DNA from: the human T2T-CHM13v2.0 reference genome, Homo sapiens
Assembly (NCBI RefSeq): GCF_009914755.1
Contig: NC_060945.1
Direction: 5' to 3' (one strand)
Length of the DNA stretch: 64,000 nucleotides
The position numbers were made by a program, and so were the translations under genes. This document shows positions 1 through 20,082 of the stretch, in pieces. How positions within the stretch are numbered: the first letter of the stretch is position 1; each line of letters begins with the position of its first letter. The notes under the pieces are model-generated. The model did no database searches, was not told the DNA's origin, and saw only the letters and a program-made list of their open reading frames with translations.

Positions 1-29
1 ATGTAACTATTCTCCAGGCTTTGACTAAA

Positions 30-2784
<2,755 letters not shown>

Positions 2785-5700
2785 TGACACATCTCTGAAC
2801 TGATCAACAAAGTGATGTAACTCTTTTCTAGGCTCTGCCTAAAGGGGCTTTGTGACATAGCTGTGCACTGATCACTCAGGTGATGGGACTTTTGTCTAGG
2901 CTCTGCCTATGGGGGCATTGTGACATATCTCTAGACTGATCACCCAGGTGATGTAACCCTTGTGTTGGATCTGTTTATGGGGGCATTGTGACATATTTCT
3001 GCACTGATCACCCAGGTGATGGGTCTCTTATCTAGGTTCTGTGTATGGGTCCTTGTGACATAACTCTGCACTGATCACCCAGGTGATGTAACGCTTGACT
3101 AGGCTCTGCCTACGGGGCATAGTGACATATCACTGCATTGATTACTGAGGTGATGTAACTCTTGTCCAGGCTCTGCCTATAAGGGGCCTTGTGACATATC
3201 TCTGCACTGATCACCTAGGTGACGTAACACTTGCTTACACTCTGCCTGCAGGGGCATTGTGAAATATCTCTGCACTGATCACCCAGGTGATGGGACTCTT
3301 CTCTAGGCTCTGCCTACTGGGGGCATTGTCACATATTTCCGCACTGATCACCCAGGTGACGGACCCTTGTCTTGGATTTGCCTATGGGGGCATTGTGACA
3401 TATCTCTGCACTGATCACCCAAGTGATGTAACTCGGGACTAAGCTCTGCCTACAGGGGCATTTTGACAAATCTCTGCACTGTTAACCGAGGTGATGTAAC
3501 TCTTGTCTAGGCTGTGCCCACAGGGGTATTGAGACATGTCTCAGCACTGATCCCGAGGTGATCCAACTCTTGCCTGGTCTCTGCCTACTGGGGACATTGT
3601 GACATATCTCTGCACTGATCTCCCAGGTGCTGTAACTTTAGTCTAGGCTCTGTCTACACGGCATTGTGACATATCACTCCACTGATCACCCAGTTGATAT
3701 ACCTCTTGCCCAGGCTCTGCCTACTGGGGCCTTGTGACATATCTCTGCCCTGATCATCTAGGTGATGTAACTCTTGCTTACGCTCTGCCTGTTCGGGCAT
3801 TGTGAAATATCTCTGCATTGATCACCCAGGTGATGGGACTCTTCCCCAGGCTCTGCCTACTGGGGGATTGTCGCATATTTCTGCACTGATCACCCAGATG
3901 ACGGACTCTTGTCTTGGATTTACCTATGAGGGCATTGTGACAGATCTCTGCACTAGTCACTCAGGTGATGTAACTTTTGATTATGCTCTGCCTACAGGGG
4001 CTTTGTGACATATCTCTGCACTGATCACCCAGGTGATGTAACTGTTGTCTAGGCTCCACCTACAGGGGGTATTGTGACATATCTCTGCACTGATCACCAA
4101 GGTGATATAACTCTTCTCTAGGATCTGCCTACAGGGTGCTTTGTGACATATCCCTTCAATGATCACCCAGGTGACATACCAGTTGTCAAGGCTCAGCCTA
4201 CAGAGGCATTGCGATGTATCTCTGCAACAACCACCTAGGTAATGTAACTCTTGTCTGGGCTTTCCCTACAGTGGCATTGTGACATATCTCTGCACTGATC
4301 ACCCAGGTGATGTAACTCTTTTCTAGGATCTGCCTACAGGGTGCTTTGTGACATATCCCTGCAATGATCACCCAGGTGATGTACCAGTTGTCAAGGCTCT
4401 GCCTACAATGACATTGCGATGTATCTCTGAACTGATCACCTAGGTCATGTAACCCTTTTCTTGGCTCTGCCTAGAGTGGCATTGTGACATATCTATGCAC
4501 TGATCATCCAAGTGATGTAACATTTGTCTATGATCTGCCTAAAGGGTCTTTGTGACATAACTCTGCACTGATCATCCAGGTGATGGGGCTTTTGTCTAGG
4601 CTGTGCCTAAGGGGGAATTGTGACATGTTTTTGCACTGACCACCCAGGTGACGGACTCTTTTCTTGGATCTGCCTATGGGGGCATTGTGACATATCTCTG
4701 CATTGATCACCCGGGTGATGTAACTGTTGTATAAACTCTGCTGACAGGGGAATTGTGAGACATCTCGCCACTGATCACCCAACTGATGTATCTATTGTCT
4801 AGGCTTTGCCTACAGGGGGCTTTGAGACATACATTTTCACTGATCACCCAGGTGATGTAACTCATCTAAGTTCTGCCTACAGGAGCTTTGCGACATATTT
4901 CTGCACTGATGACTTAGGGGATGTAACACTATTATAAGCACTGCCTCCAGGGAATTTTGACAAATCTCTGCACTGATCACCTAGGTGATGAAACTCTTGT
5001 CTACACTCTGCCCAAATGGGGAATTGTGAAATATCTCTGCACGGATCACCCAGGTGATTCAACTCTTGTCTACGATCTGCCTACAGGGGGTATTGTGAAA
5101 TATCAATGCACTGATCAGCTAGGTGATGTAACACTTGTCAACCTCTGTCTACAGGGGAGTTTACACATATCCCTGAACTGATGACACAGGTGATGTAACT
5201 CGTGCCTAGGCTTTGCCTACAGGGGACACTGTGACATATCTCTGCACTGATCCCCCAGGTGATGCAACTATTCTCTATGATCTGCCTACAGGGGAAATTG
5301 TGACATAACTCTGCACTTATCACCCAGGTGATGCAACGCTTCTCTATGCCCTTCCTACAGGGGGTATTGTGACATATCTCTGCACTGATCACCCAGGTGT
5401 TGTAACCCTTTTCTAGTCTCTGCCTATGGCGGGCGTTGTGAATCACTCTGCACGGATCACCCGGGTTATGTAACTCTTGTCTAGGCTCTGCCTATAGGCG
5501 CTTTGTGACTTATCACTGCACTGATCACCCAGGAGATGTGACTCTTGTCTAAGCTCTGCCCAGAGGGACATTGGGACATATCTCTGCACTGATCGCTGTG
5601 GTGATTTAAAACTTGTCTAGGCTTTGCCTACAGTGGGATTTATGACATATCTCTGCGCTGATCACCCAGGTGATGTAACTCTTGTCTAGGCTGTGCTTAC

Positions 5701-6860
5701 AGGGGGTATTGTGAGATATCTCTGCACTGATCACCCAGGCGATGTAACTCTTTTCTAGGCTCTGTGTACAGGGATTTTTGTGACATACCACTGCACTGAT
5801 CACTTGGTGATGTAAGCCTTGTATGGGCTTTGCGTACAGAAGGCTTTGTGACATATCTATGCACTGATCTCTAAGGTGATGCAACTCTTGTCTAGGCATT
5901 GCCTACAGGGGACATTGGTACATATCTCTGCACTGATCACCCAGGTGATTGACTCTTGTCTTAGATCTGCCTACATGGAAGTTGTGACACATCTCTGAAC
6001 TGATCAACCAAGTGATGAAACTCTTGTCTAGGCTCTGCCTACCGGGGCTTTGTGACACATCTCTGCACTGATCTCCCTTGGGAGGAAACTCTTATCTACG
6101 CTCTGCCCACAGGAGGCCTTATGACTTATACCTGCACTGATAACGTAGGTGATGTAACAGTTGTCTAGACTCTGCCTAAACGGGAATTCTCTCATATCTC
6201 TTCACTGATCACCTGGGTGATGTAACTCCTGTCTAGGTTCAGCCTACAGGAGCATTTTGACATATCTCTACACTGATCACCCAGGTGATGTAACCCTTGT
6301 CTAAGCTATGCCTACAGGGCTATTGTGAAACGTCTCTCCACTGTTCACCCAGGTGATGTAATAATTGTCTGGGCTTTGCCTACAGGGGGCTTTGTGATAT
6401 ACATTTCCACTGATCAAACAGGTGATGTAACCCTTGTCAAGGTTCTGCTTACAGGGGCTTTGTGACATTACTCTGCACCGATCACCCCAGGGAGGAAACA
6501 GTTTTCTAAACCCTGCCTATAGAAGGATTTATGACTTATCCCTGCACTGATCACTAGGTGATGTAACACTTGTCTAGGGTCTGTCTACACGGGAATTTTC
6601 ACATATCTCTACACTGATCATCTAAGTGATGTAACCCTTGTCTAGGTTCAGGCTGCTGGGGATTTCTGACATACCTATGCACTGATCACCGAGGTGATGT
6701 AAATCATTTCCAGGTTTATTGTACAGCGGACATTGTGATATATCTCTCCACTGATCACCCAAATGATGCAAATCTCTAGGCTCCGCAGGGAGGAGCATTG
6801 TGACATATTTCTGAACTGATCGTCCAGGAGATATAACTATTCTCCAGGCTTTGACTAAAC
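2785..6860 (+). repeat. Beta-satellite (68-bp Sau3A) array, majority orientation; right end is pLAM-like
   Basis: Tandem diverged 68/69-bp monomers, each with a GATC site. Confidence 0.97.
6715..6720 (-). promoter_or_regulatory. Candidate polyadenylation hexamer AATAAA downstream of copy 2 exon 3
   Basis: tttatt on the + strand. Paralogous positions in the other copies read gctttttg. Function is untested. Confidence 0.35.
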
Positions 6861-7562
6861 AGCGTTGGAAGGTGTTGGGAGAACCTCAGCGGGAATTTCA
6901 CGGACCGACAAGGGCACAGAGAGAACTGAGACCTCCCTTGCACGTCAGCCAGGGTGCTCAATGAGCGCAGGTCTAGCCAGGAGGCTGTCAAAGAGAGCTA
7001 GAGGTCTGGTTTCTGCCGCCAGGTGGTCCATGGTGGCAGCTGGGAGGCTGCAGAAGCACGGGCGCGACAGTGACGGTGGCGCGGAGCCGCAGAGGCGGCA
7101 AGCCGCCGGAGGGGTGTGAGGCCTGGAGGCTGCGCGGTACCGGTGTTTCACGGGACGGGGGTCTCCACCCAGCCCAGGGGAGGATGCATTTTCCTGGGCT
7201 GGAGTGTGGGTGTGGGGAGGGGGTGATCAGGCGGGGTGGGGTGGTGGAAAGGCATGAGAACACTGCCTGGGCTGCTCCCACAGCCCAGGCGACTGCCCGC
7301 AATCCCTCGCGTGCACAGTAGGCGGCCAACCTGCTGGTATCTGGACTGGCTCTGGGATCCCCGGGATGCCCAGGAAAGAATGGCAGTTCTCCGCTGGGTG
7401 GAGCCTCTCACCAGGCCTAGACCTAGAAGGCAGGAATCCCAGGCCGGTCAGCCTGGTGGATGGGGCGGGGGGAAGACACGTCCCTCCATAGCCAGCCAGG
7501 TGTTCCCCGGGAAACACAGGCCACCGCCCTGCCCCGACCCGACACCTTCCCAACCCCGCGTC

Positions 7563-9038
<1,476 letters not shown>

Positions 9039-9626
9039 ACCACGGAAGGATCCCAGGGCCTCGAGTCCTGTGGCAGGGGTGTGGTGGAGTGGGGTGGGAG
9101 GGCGTGGTGATGGCCGTGGTGGGGCCGGAGACACGAAGAGGAAGTGGGAGAGGGGGAAGGTGTGGGGCGGGGGCGTTTCAGGCGCTGGCTCTTAGGACTG
9201 CTCCAGGAATCCCGAGGGAACTGGAAGCCACTCTCTGGGCTCCCATGCGTCTTCAGCAGGGAGAAACCGGCCTGCGAGGGTGGAGGGGAGTGTAGAACTG
9301 AATATCCATGGGAGTCTTGAGTGTTCCAGGCCCTCTCTCCGTGAAGGAGGCAGTGCCTGTGGGTGTCGCCATTGCCAGCGCAGTCTCACAAAGGCAGGCG
9401 TTTGGCTCTCGTTCATTTCCACGTTGGAGACCAGAGCCAGACCCCAGAGAGAAGATGCCTCCACGGCGTGATGGCCTGACGATGGATTCCTGTGTGCGGC
9501 AACATGGGAAGTCTGCAGTGTGGCCGGTTTGGAAACTGGCAAGAGAGCGAAGGCACCATACCAGTCTTCCACCCTTCCCTGCATGTTTCCGGGGGCCTGC
9601 AGAGCTCCGGGAGCAAACAGTCAGCA

Positions 9627-12600
9627 TGACACATCTCTGAACTGATCAACAAAGTGATGTAACTCTTGTCTAGGTTCTACCTACAAGGGCTTTGTGACAT
9701 ATCACTGCACTGATCACCCAGGTCATTCAACTCTTGTCTAGGATCTGCCTACAGGGGGTATTGTGAAATATCTCTGCACTGATCAACTAGGTGATGTTAC
9801 CCTTGCTAGGCTCTGCCTACAGGGGCGTTTTCACATACCCCTGAACTGATGACAAAGGTGATGTAACTCATGCCTAGACTTTGCCTACAGGGCACATTGT
9901 GACATATCTCTGCACTGATCACTCAGGTGATGTAACTATTGTCTAGGCTCTGCTTAAAAGGGCCTTGTCACATATCTCTGCACTGATCATCCAGGAGATG
10001 TAACTCTTGCCTAGGATCTGCTTACAGGTGGTATTGTGACATATCTCTGCACTGATCACCTAAGTGATGTAACAGTTGTGTAGGCTCTGCCTACAGGGGC
10101 ACCTTGACATATCTCTGCACTGTTAACCGAGGTGATGTAACACTTGTCTAGGCTGTGCCCACAGGGGGATTGAGACATATCTCTGCAATGATCGCGAGGT
10201 GATCGAAGTCTTGCGTGGTCTCTGCCTACTGGGGACATTGTGACATATCTCTGCACTGATCTCCCAGGTTCTGTAACTTTAATCTAGTCTCTGGCTACAA
10301 GGCATTGTGACATATCACTGCACTGATCACCCAGATGATATAACTCTTGTCTAGGCTCTACCTACAGGGGGATTGTGACATATCTCTGCAATGATAACCC
10401 AGATGATATAACTCTTCTCTAGGATCTGCCTACATGGTGATTTGTGACATATACCTGCAATGATCACCCAGGTGATATACCACTTGTCAAGGCTCTGCCT
10501 AGAGGGGCATTGCAATGTATCTCTGCAGTGATCACCTAGGTCATGTAACTCCTGTCTAGGCTCTGCCTACAGTGGCATTGTGACATATCTCTGCACTGAT
10601 CAACCAGGTGATGTAACTCTTTTCTAGGATCTGCCTACAGGGTGCTTTGTGACATATCCCTGCAATGATCACCCAGGTGATGTACCACTTGTCAAGACTC
10701 AGCCTACAGAGACATTGTGATGTATCTCTGCACTGATCACCTAGGTCATGTAACTCTTTTCTAGGCTCTGCCTACCGTGGCATTTTGACATATCTTTGCA
10801 CTGATCACCCAGGTGATGTAACAATTATCTAGGATCCGCCTAAAGGGACTTTGTGACATAACTCTGCACTGATCATCCAGGTGATGGAGCATTTGTCTAC
10901 GATCTGCCTAAGGGGGCATTGTGACATATTTCTGCACTGATCACCCAGGTGACGGACTCTTGTCTTGGATCTGCCTATGGGGGCATTGTGACATACCTCT
11001 GCACTGATCACCCAGGTGATATAACTGCTGTATAAGCTGTGCCTACAGGGGAATTGTGAGAGATCTCGCCACTGATCACCCAAGTGATGAAACTATTGTC
11101 TAGGCTTTGCCTACAATGACATACCTTTGCACTGATAATCCAGGTGATGTAACTCATCTAAGTCCTGCCTACAGGAGCTTAGTGACATATCTCTGCACTG
11201 ATCACTTAGGTGATTTCACACTTTTATAAGCACTGCCTACAGGGAATTTTGACAAATCTCTGCACTGATCACCTAGGTGACGTAAACCTTGTCTGCCCAC
11301 TGCCCAAAGGGGGCACTGGGAAATATCTCTGCACTGATCACCCAGGTGATTCAACTCTTGTCTAGGTTCTGCCTACAAGGGGTAATGTGAAATATCTCTG
11401 CACTGATCAACTAGGTGATGTAACTCTTGTCTAGGCTCTGACTACAGGGTACATTGTGACATATCTCTGCACTGATCACCCAGGTGATGCAACTCTTCTC
11501 TATGCTGTGCCTACAGGGGACATTGTGACATATCTCTGAACTGATCACCCAGGTGATGCAACTCTTTTCTATGCTCTGCCTACAGGGGGCATTGTGATAT
11601 ATCGCTGCACTAATCACCCAGGTGATTCCACTCTTGTCTAGGATCTGCCTACAGGGGGTATTGTGAAATACCTCTGCACTGATCAACTTGGTGATGTAAC
11701 TCTTGTCTAGGCTCTGCCTGCAGGGGTGTTTTCACATATCCCTGAATTGATGACAAAGGTGATGTAACTCTTGTCTAGGCTCTGCCTATGGGGGCATTGT
11801 GACTTATCTCTGCACTGATCACGCAGGAGATGTGACACTTGTCTAAGCTCTGCCTAGAGGGACATTGGGACATGTCACTGCACTAATCTCTGAGGTGATG
11901 TAAAACTTGTCTAGGCTTTGCTTACAGTGGGATTTATGACATATCTCTGCACTGATCACCCAGGTGATGTAACTCTTGTCTAGGCTCTGCTTACAGGGGG
12001 TATTGTGAGATATATCTGCACTGATCACTCAGGCGATGTAACCCTGGTCTAGGCTCTGCCTACAGGGGCATTTTCACATATCACTGTACTGATCATGGAG
12101 ATAATGTAACTCTTGTATAGGCTTTGCCTACAGGGGACATTGAGACATATCTCTTCACTGATCACCGAGGTGATGTATCTCTTGTCTATGCTCTGCCTAC
12201 TGGAGACATTGTGATATATCTCCGCACTGATAACCCAGGTGATGTCACTTTTGTCAAGGATATGGCTACAGGCAGATTGTGACATGTCACTGCACTGATC
12301 ACATAGCTGATGTAACACTTGTCTAGGCTCTGGCAACACGGAGCTTGTGACACATCTATGCACTGATCACCCAGGTGATGTAAACCTTGTCTAGGCTCTG
12401 CCAAAAGGAGGCATTGTGACATAACTCTGCAATGATCACCCAGCTGATGGGACTCTTGTCCAGGCTCTGCCTACAGAGGCATTGTGACGTGTCTACTCAG
12501 TGATCACGCAGGTGATGTAACTCATGTCTATATCTGCCTACTGGCGGCATTGTGTCATATTTCTGCACTGATCACCCTGGTGATGGACTCTTGTCTTGGA

Positions 12601-15600
12601 TCTGCCTATGGGGGCATAGTGACATATCTCTGCACTGATCGCTCATGTGATGTAATGCTTGTCTAAGCTGTGCCTAAAAGGGAATTATGACAGATATCTC
12701 CACTGATAACCCAGGTGATGTAACAATTTTCTGGGATTTGTCTACACGGCCTTTGTGACATATATTTGCACTGATCACCCAGCAGATGTAACTCTTGTCT
12801 AGGATCGGCCTTCAGGGGCATTGTGACATATTTCTGTACTGATCAACCAGGTGATGTAACTCTTGTCTAGGCCCCGCCTACAGGGGGTATTGTGACGTAT
12901 CTCTGCACTGATCAGCCAGGTGATGTAATATTTATCTAGGATCTGCCTACAGGGGTGTTTGACATAGCTCTGCACAGATCACCTAGGTTATGTTACTCTT
13001 GTACACTCTCTGCTTACAGGGGGCATTGTGAAATATCTCTGCACTGATCACCCAGGTGATGTAACAGTTGTCTAGGCTCTGCTTACAGGGGGTATTGTGA
13101 GTTATCTCTGCGCTGATCACTAAGGTGATGGAAGTCTTCTCTAGGCTCTGTCTATGGGTGCATTGTGTCATATATCTGCATTGATCATCCAGGTGATGTA
13201 ACTCTTGTCTAGGCTCTGCCTACAGGGTCATTTTAACATATCACTGCACTGATCACCGAGATGATGTAACTCTTGTATAGGCTTCGCCGACAGGGGGCAT
13301 TGAGACATATCTCTGCACTGATCAAAGTGGTGATGCAACTCTTGTCTGGGATCTGCCTACAGGGGACATTGTGACATATCTCTGCACTGATCACCCTCGT
13401 GATGCAACTCTTCTCTATGCTCTGCCTACAGGAGACATTGTGAAATATATCTGCATTGATCACCCTGGTGAAGCAACTCTCCTCTATGCTCTGCCTACAG
13501 GGGGCATTGTGACATATCTCTGCACTGATCACCCTGGTTATGTAACTCTTGTCTAGGCTCTGCCTACGAGGGCATTGTGACTTATCTCTGCACTGATCAC
13601 CCAGGAGATGTAACTTTTGTCTAGGCTCTGCCTACTGGAGACATTGTGACATACCTCCACACAGATCACCCAGGTGATGTCACTTTTGTCAAGGATATGG
13701 CCACAGGGACATTGTGACATGTCACTACACTGATCACACAGCTGATGTAACACTTGTCTAGGCTCTGGCTACAGGGGGCTTGTGACACATCTCTGCACTG
13801 ATCATCCAGGTGATGTAACCCTTGTCTAGGCTCTTCCAAAAGGGGCACTGTGAAATAAATCTGCACTGATAACCCAGGTGATGGGACTCTTGTCTAGGCT
13901 CTGCCTACAGGGGCATTGTGACATATCTCTGCAGTGATCACGCAGGTGATGTAACTCTTTTCTATATCTGCCTACTGGCGGCATTGTGGCATATTTCTCC
14001 ACTGATCACCCGGGTGATGGACTCTTGTCTTGGATCTGCCTATGGGGGCATAGTGACGTATCTCTGCACTGATCAGTCATGTGGTGTAACGCTTCTCTAA
14101 CATGAGCCTAAAGGGGAATTGTGACAGACATCTCCACTGATCACCCAGGTGATGTAGCAATTTTCTCGGATTTGCCTACAGGGTGGTTTATGACATATCA
14201 TTGCACTGATCACCCAGGAGATGTAACTCTTGTCTAGGCTCTGCCTACAGGGGCTTTGAGACGTATTTCTGCACTGATCACCCAGGTTATATAACTCTTG
14301 TCTAGGCTTTGTCTACAGGGGGTTTTTGACATATCTCTGCACTGATCACCCAGGTGATATAACTCTTCCCTAGGATCTGCCTACAGGGTGCTTTGTGACA
14401 TATCCCTGCAATGATCACCTAGGTGATATATCACTTGCCAAGGCTCTGCCTACAGGGGCATTGCAATGTATCTCTGCACTGATCACCTAGGTCAGGTAAC
14501 TCTTGTCTAGGCTCTGCCTACAGTGGCATTGTGATATACCTCTACACTGATCACCCAGGTGATGTAACTCTTTTCCAAGATCTGCCTACAGGGTGCTTTG
14601 TGGCACATCCCTGAAATGATCACCCAGGTGATGTACCACTTGTCAAGGCTCTGCCTACTGGGAAATTGCGATGTATCTCTGCACTGATCACCTAGGTCTT
14701 GTAACTCTTGTCTAGGCTCTGCCTACAGTGGCATTGTGACATATCTCTGCACTGATCATCCAAGTGAAGTAACACTTGTCTAGGATCTGCCTAAAGGGAT
14801 TTTGTGATATAATTCTGCACTGATAATCCAGGTGATGGGGCCTTTGTCTAGGATCTGCTTAAGGGGGCATTGTGACAAATTTCTCCACTGATCACCCAGG
14901 TGACGGACTCTTCTCTTGGATCTGCCTATGGGGACACTGACACATCTCTGCTCTGATCACCCAGGTGATGTAACTGTTTTATAAGCTCTGCAGACAGGGG
15001 AATTGGAAGAGATCTCGCCACTGATCACCCAAGTGATGTAACTATTGTCTAGCCTTTGCCTACAGGGGGCTTTATGACATACCTTTGCACTGATCACCCA
15101 GGTGATGTATCTCATCTAAGTTCCGCCTACAGGAGCTTTGTGACATATCTCTGCACTGATCACTTAGGTGATGTAACACATTTCTAGGCACTGCCTACAG
15201 GGAAATTTGACAAGTCTCTGCAATGATCACCTAGGTGATGTAACTCTTTTCTACCCTCTGCCCAAAGTGGGCATTGTGAAATATCTCTGCACTGATCACC
15301 CAGGTGATTCAACTCTTGTCTAGGATCTGCCTACAGGGGGTATTGTGAAATATCTCTGCACTGATCAACTAGGTGATGTAACTCTTGTCTAGGCTCTGCC
15401 TACAAGGGCGTTTTCACATATCCCTGAACTGATGACACAGCTGATGTGAGTCTTGCCTATGCTTTGCCTACAGGGGACGTTGTGACATATCTCTGCACTG
15501 ATCACCCTCGTGATGCAACTCTTCTCTATGCTCTGCCTACAGGAGACATTGTGAAATATATCTGCATTGATCACCCTGGTGATGCAACTCTCCTCTATGC

Positions 15601-17320
15601 TCTGCCTACAGGGGCATTGTGACATATCTCTGCACTGATCACCCTGGTTATGTAACTCTTGTCTAGGCTCTGCCTACGGGGGCATTGTGACTTATCTCTG
15701 CACTGATCACCCAGGAGATGTAACTTTTGTCTAGGCTCTGCCTACTGGAGACATTGTGACATACCTCCACACAGATCACCCAGGTGATGTCACTTTTGTC
15801 AAAGATATGGCTACAGGGACATTGTGACATGTCACTGCACTGCATACACATCTGATGTAACAGTTGCCTAGGCTCTGGCTAACGGGGGCTTGTGACACAT
15901 CTCTGCACTGATCACCCATGTGATGTATCCCTTGTCAAGGCTCTGCCAAAAGGGGGCATTGTGACATAACTCTTCACTGATCACCCATGTGATGGGACTC
16001 TTGTCTAGGCTCTGCCTACAGGGACATTGTGACGTATCTCTGCAGTGATCACGCAGGTGATGTACCTCTTGTCTATATCTGCGTACTGGCGGCATTGTGG
16101 CATATTTCTGCATTGATCACACAGGTGATGGACTCTTTTCTTGGATCTGCCTATAGAGGCATAATTACATATCTCTGCACTGATCACTCATGTGATGTAA
16201 CGCTTGTCTAAGCTGCGCCTAAAGGGGAATTGTGACAGATATCTCCAGTGATCACCCAGGTGATGGAACAATTTTCTGGGATTTGTCTACAGGGGGTTTT
16301 GTGACATATCTTTGCACTGATCACCCAGGAGATGTAACTCTTGGTTAGGGTCTGCCTACAGGGGCTTTGTGACATATCTCTACACTGATCACCCATGTGA
16401 TGTAACTCTTTTCTAGGCTCCACCTAAAGGGGTTATTTTGACATATATCTGCACTGATCACCCAGGTGATGTAACTCTTGTCAAGGCTAAACCTACAGGG
16501 GGTATTGTGAAGTATCTCTTCCCTGATCACCCAGGTGATGTAACTCTTGTCTAGGCTCTGCCTGCAGGGGCTTTGTGACATATTTCTACACTGATCACCA
16601 AGGAGATGTAATTCTTGTTTAGGCTTTGCCTACTGGGTCTTAGTGATATATTTCTGTACTGATCACCCAGGTGATGTAACTGTTCTGTAGTTTCCACCTT
16701 GCAGAGTTATTTTGACGTATCTCTGCACTGATTACCCAGGTGATGTAACCCTTGTCTAAGCTCTGCCTACAGGGGCATTGTGACAGCTCTCTCCACTGCT
16801 CACCCAGGTGATGTAACAATTGTCTGGGCTTTGCCTACAGGGGGCTTTGTGATATACATTTCCACTGATCAAACAGGTGATGTAACCCTTGTCAAGGTTC
16901 TGCTTACAGGGGCTTTGTGACATATCTCTGCACTGATCATCCCAGGGAGGAAACATTTATCTACACTCTGCCTACAGGAGGTTTTAGTACTTACCCCTGC
17001 ACTGATCACTAGGTGATGTAACACTTGTCTAGGCTCTGTCTACACAGGAATTTTCACTTATCTCTACACTGATCACCTAAGTGATGTAAACCTTTTCTAG
17101 GTTCATCCTACTGGGGATTTCTCACATACCTATGCACTGATCACCGAGGTGATGTAAATCATTTCCAGGCTTTTTGTACAAGAGACATTGTGATATATCT
17201 CTGCACTGATCACCCAAATGATGCAAATCTTCTCTAGGCTCCGCAGGGAGGGGGAATTGTGACATATTTCTGAACTAATCATCCAGGAGATGTAACTGTT
17301 CTCCAGGCTTTGACTAAAGA
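9627..17320 (+). repeat. Beta-satellite array
   Basis: Tandem 68/69-bp monomers with a pLAM-like right end. Confidence 0.97.
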
Positions 17321-18020
17321 GAGTCGGAAGGTGTTCGGAAAGCCTCAGCCAGAATTTCACTGACGGACAGGGGCACAGAGAGGTCAGCGGGCTCCCTTGC
17401 ACGTCAGCCGGGGTGCACAATGAGCGCAGGTCTAGCCAGGAGGCCGGCAAAGAGAGTTAGAGGTTTGCGTTCCGCCACCAGTCGTTCCATGGTGGCAGCT
17501 GGGAGGCTGCTGGGGTACGGGCGGGCCGCTGACGGTATCGCGGGGGCGCAGAGTAGGCGAGCCGCCGGAGGGGTGTCAGGCCCGGACGCTGTGCGGGTCC
17601 GGTGTTTCACAGGACATGGGTCTCACCCAGCCCAGGGGAGGACGCATTTTCTGAGGGTTGGGGGTGGGGTGGGGTGGGGATCGTCAGGCGGGGGTGGGGT
17701 GGTGGAAAGGCATGAGAGCTCTGCCTGGGCTGTTCCCACAGCAAAGGCGGCTGCCCGCCTACCCGCACGTGCGCAGTAGGCGGCCCACTTGCTGGTACCT
17801 TGGCCGGCTCTGTGGTCCCCAGGATGCCTAGGAAAGAATAGCAGTTCTCCCCTTTGTGGAGCGTCTCACCGGGCCTAGACCTAGAAGGCAGGAATCTCAG
17901 GCCAGTCAGCCCGGTGGAGGTGGTGGGAGGAAGACACGCCCCTCCATAGCCAGCCAGTTGTTCCCCATTAAGCAGAGGCCACCGCCCTGCCCCGACCCGA
18001 CCCCGTCCCAACCCAGAGAG

Positions 18021-19470
<1,450 letters not shown>

Positions 19471-20082
19471 CGGTGAGCCCTGGGACAGCACGCCACATCC
19501 TGGAAGGGTACCAGGGCGCCGAGGCCTGTGGCCGGTGGCTGGTGAGGTGGGAGGGAGGGCGTGGTGATGGGGGTGGTGGGGCAGGAGATATGAAGAGGAA
19601 GGGGGCGAGGGGGAAGGGGTGAGGAGGGTGCGTTTTGGGAGCTGGCTCTTCGGACCTCTCAAGGAATCCCGTGGGAACTGGAAGCCACTCTCTGGGCTCC
19701 CACGCGTCTTCAGCAGGGAGAAGCCGGCCTGGGAGGGTGGAGGGGAGTGTGGAACTGAACCTCCGTGGGAGTCTTGAGTGTTCCAGGCCCTCTCCGTGAA
19801 GGAGGCAGTGCCTGTGGGTGTCGCTGTTGCCGGGACAATCTCACACACGCAGCCGTGTTGCTCTCATTCATTTTCACGTAGAAGACCAGAGCGAGAACCC
19901 AGAGAGAAGATGCCTCCCCGGCGTGATGGCCTGACATTGGATTCCCGTGTGCGGCAATATGGGGAGTCTGCAGTGTGGCCGGTTTGGAAACTGGCAAGGA
20001 GAGCAAAGGCACCATGCCAGTCTTCCACCCTTCCCTGCATGTTTCCGGGTGACCGCAGAGCTCCGGGAGCAAACATTCAGCA

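Noticed and set aside
10278-10283. Other ATTAAA/AATAAA hexamers on the - strand inside satellite (also about 24214, 44672, 46395)
   Set aside because: They lie kilobases from any exon 3-like sequence and are consistent with chance substitutions.
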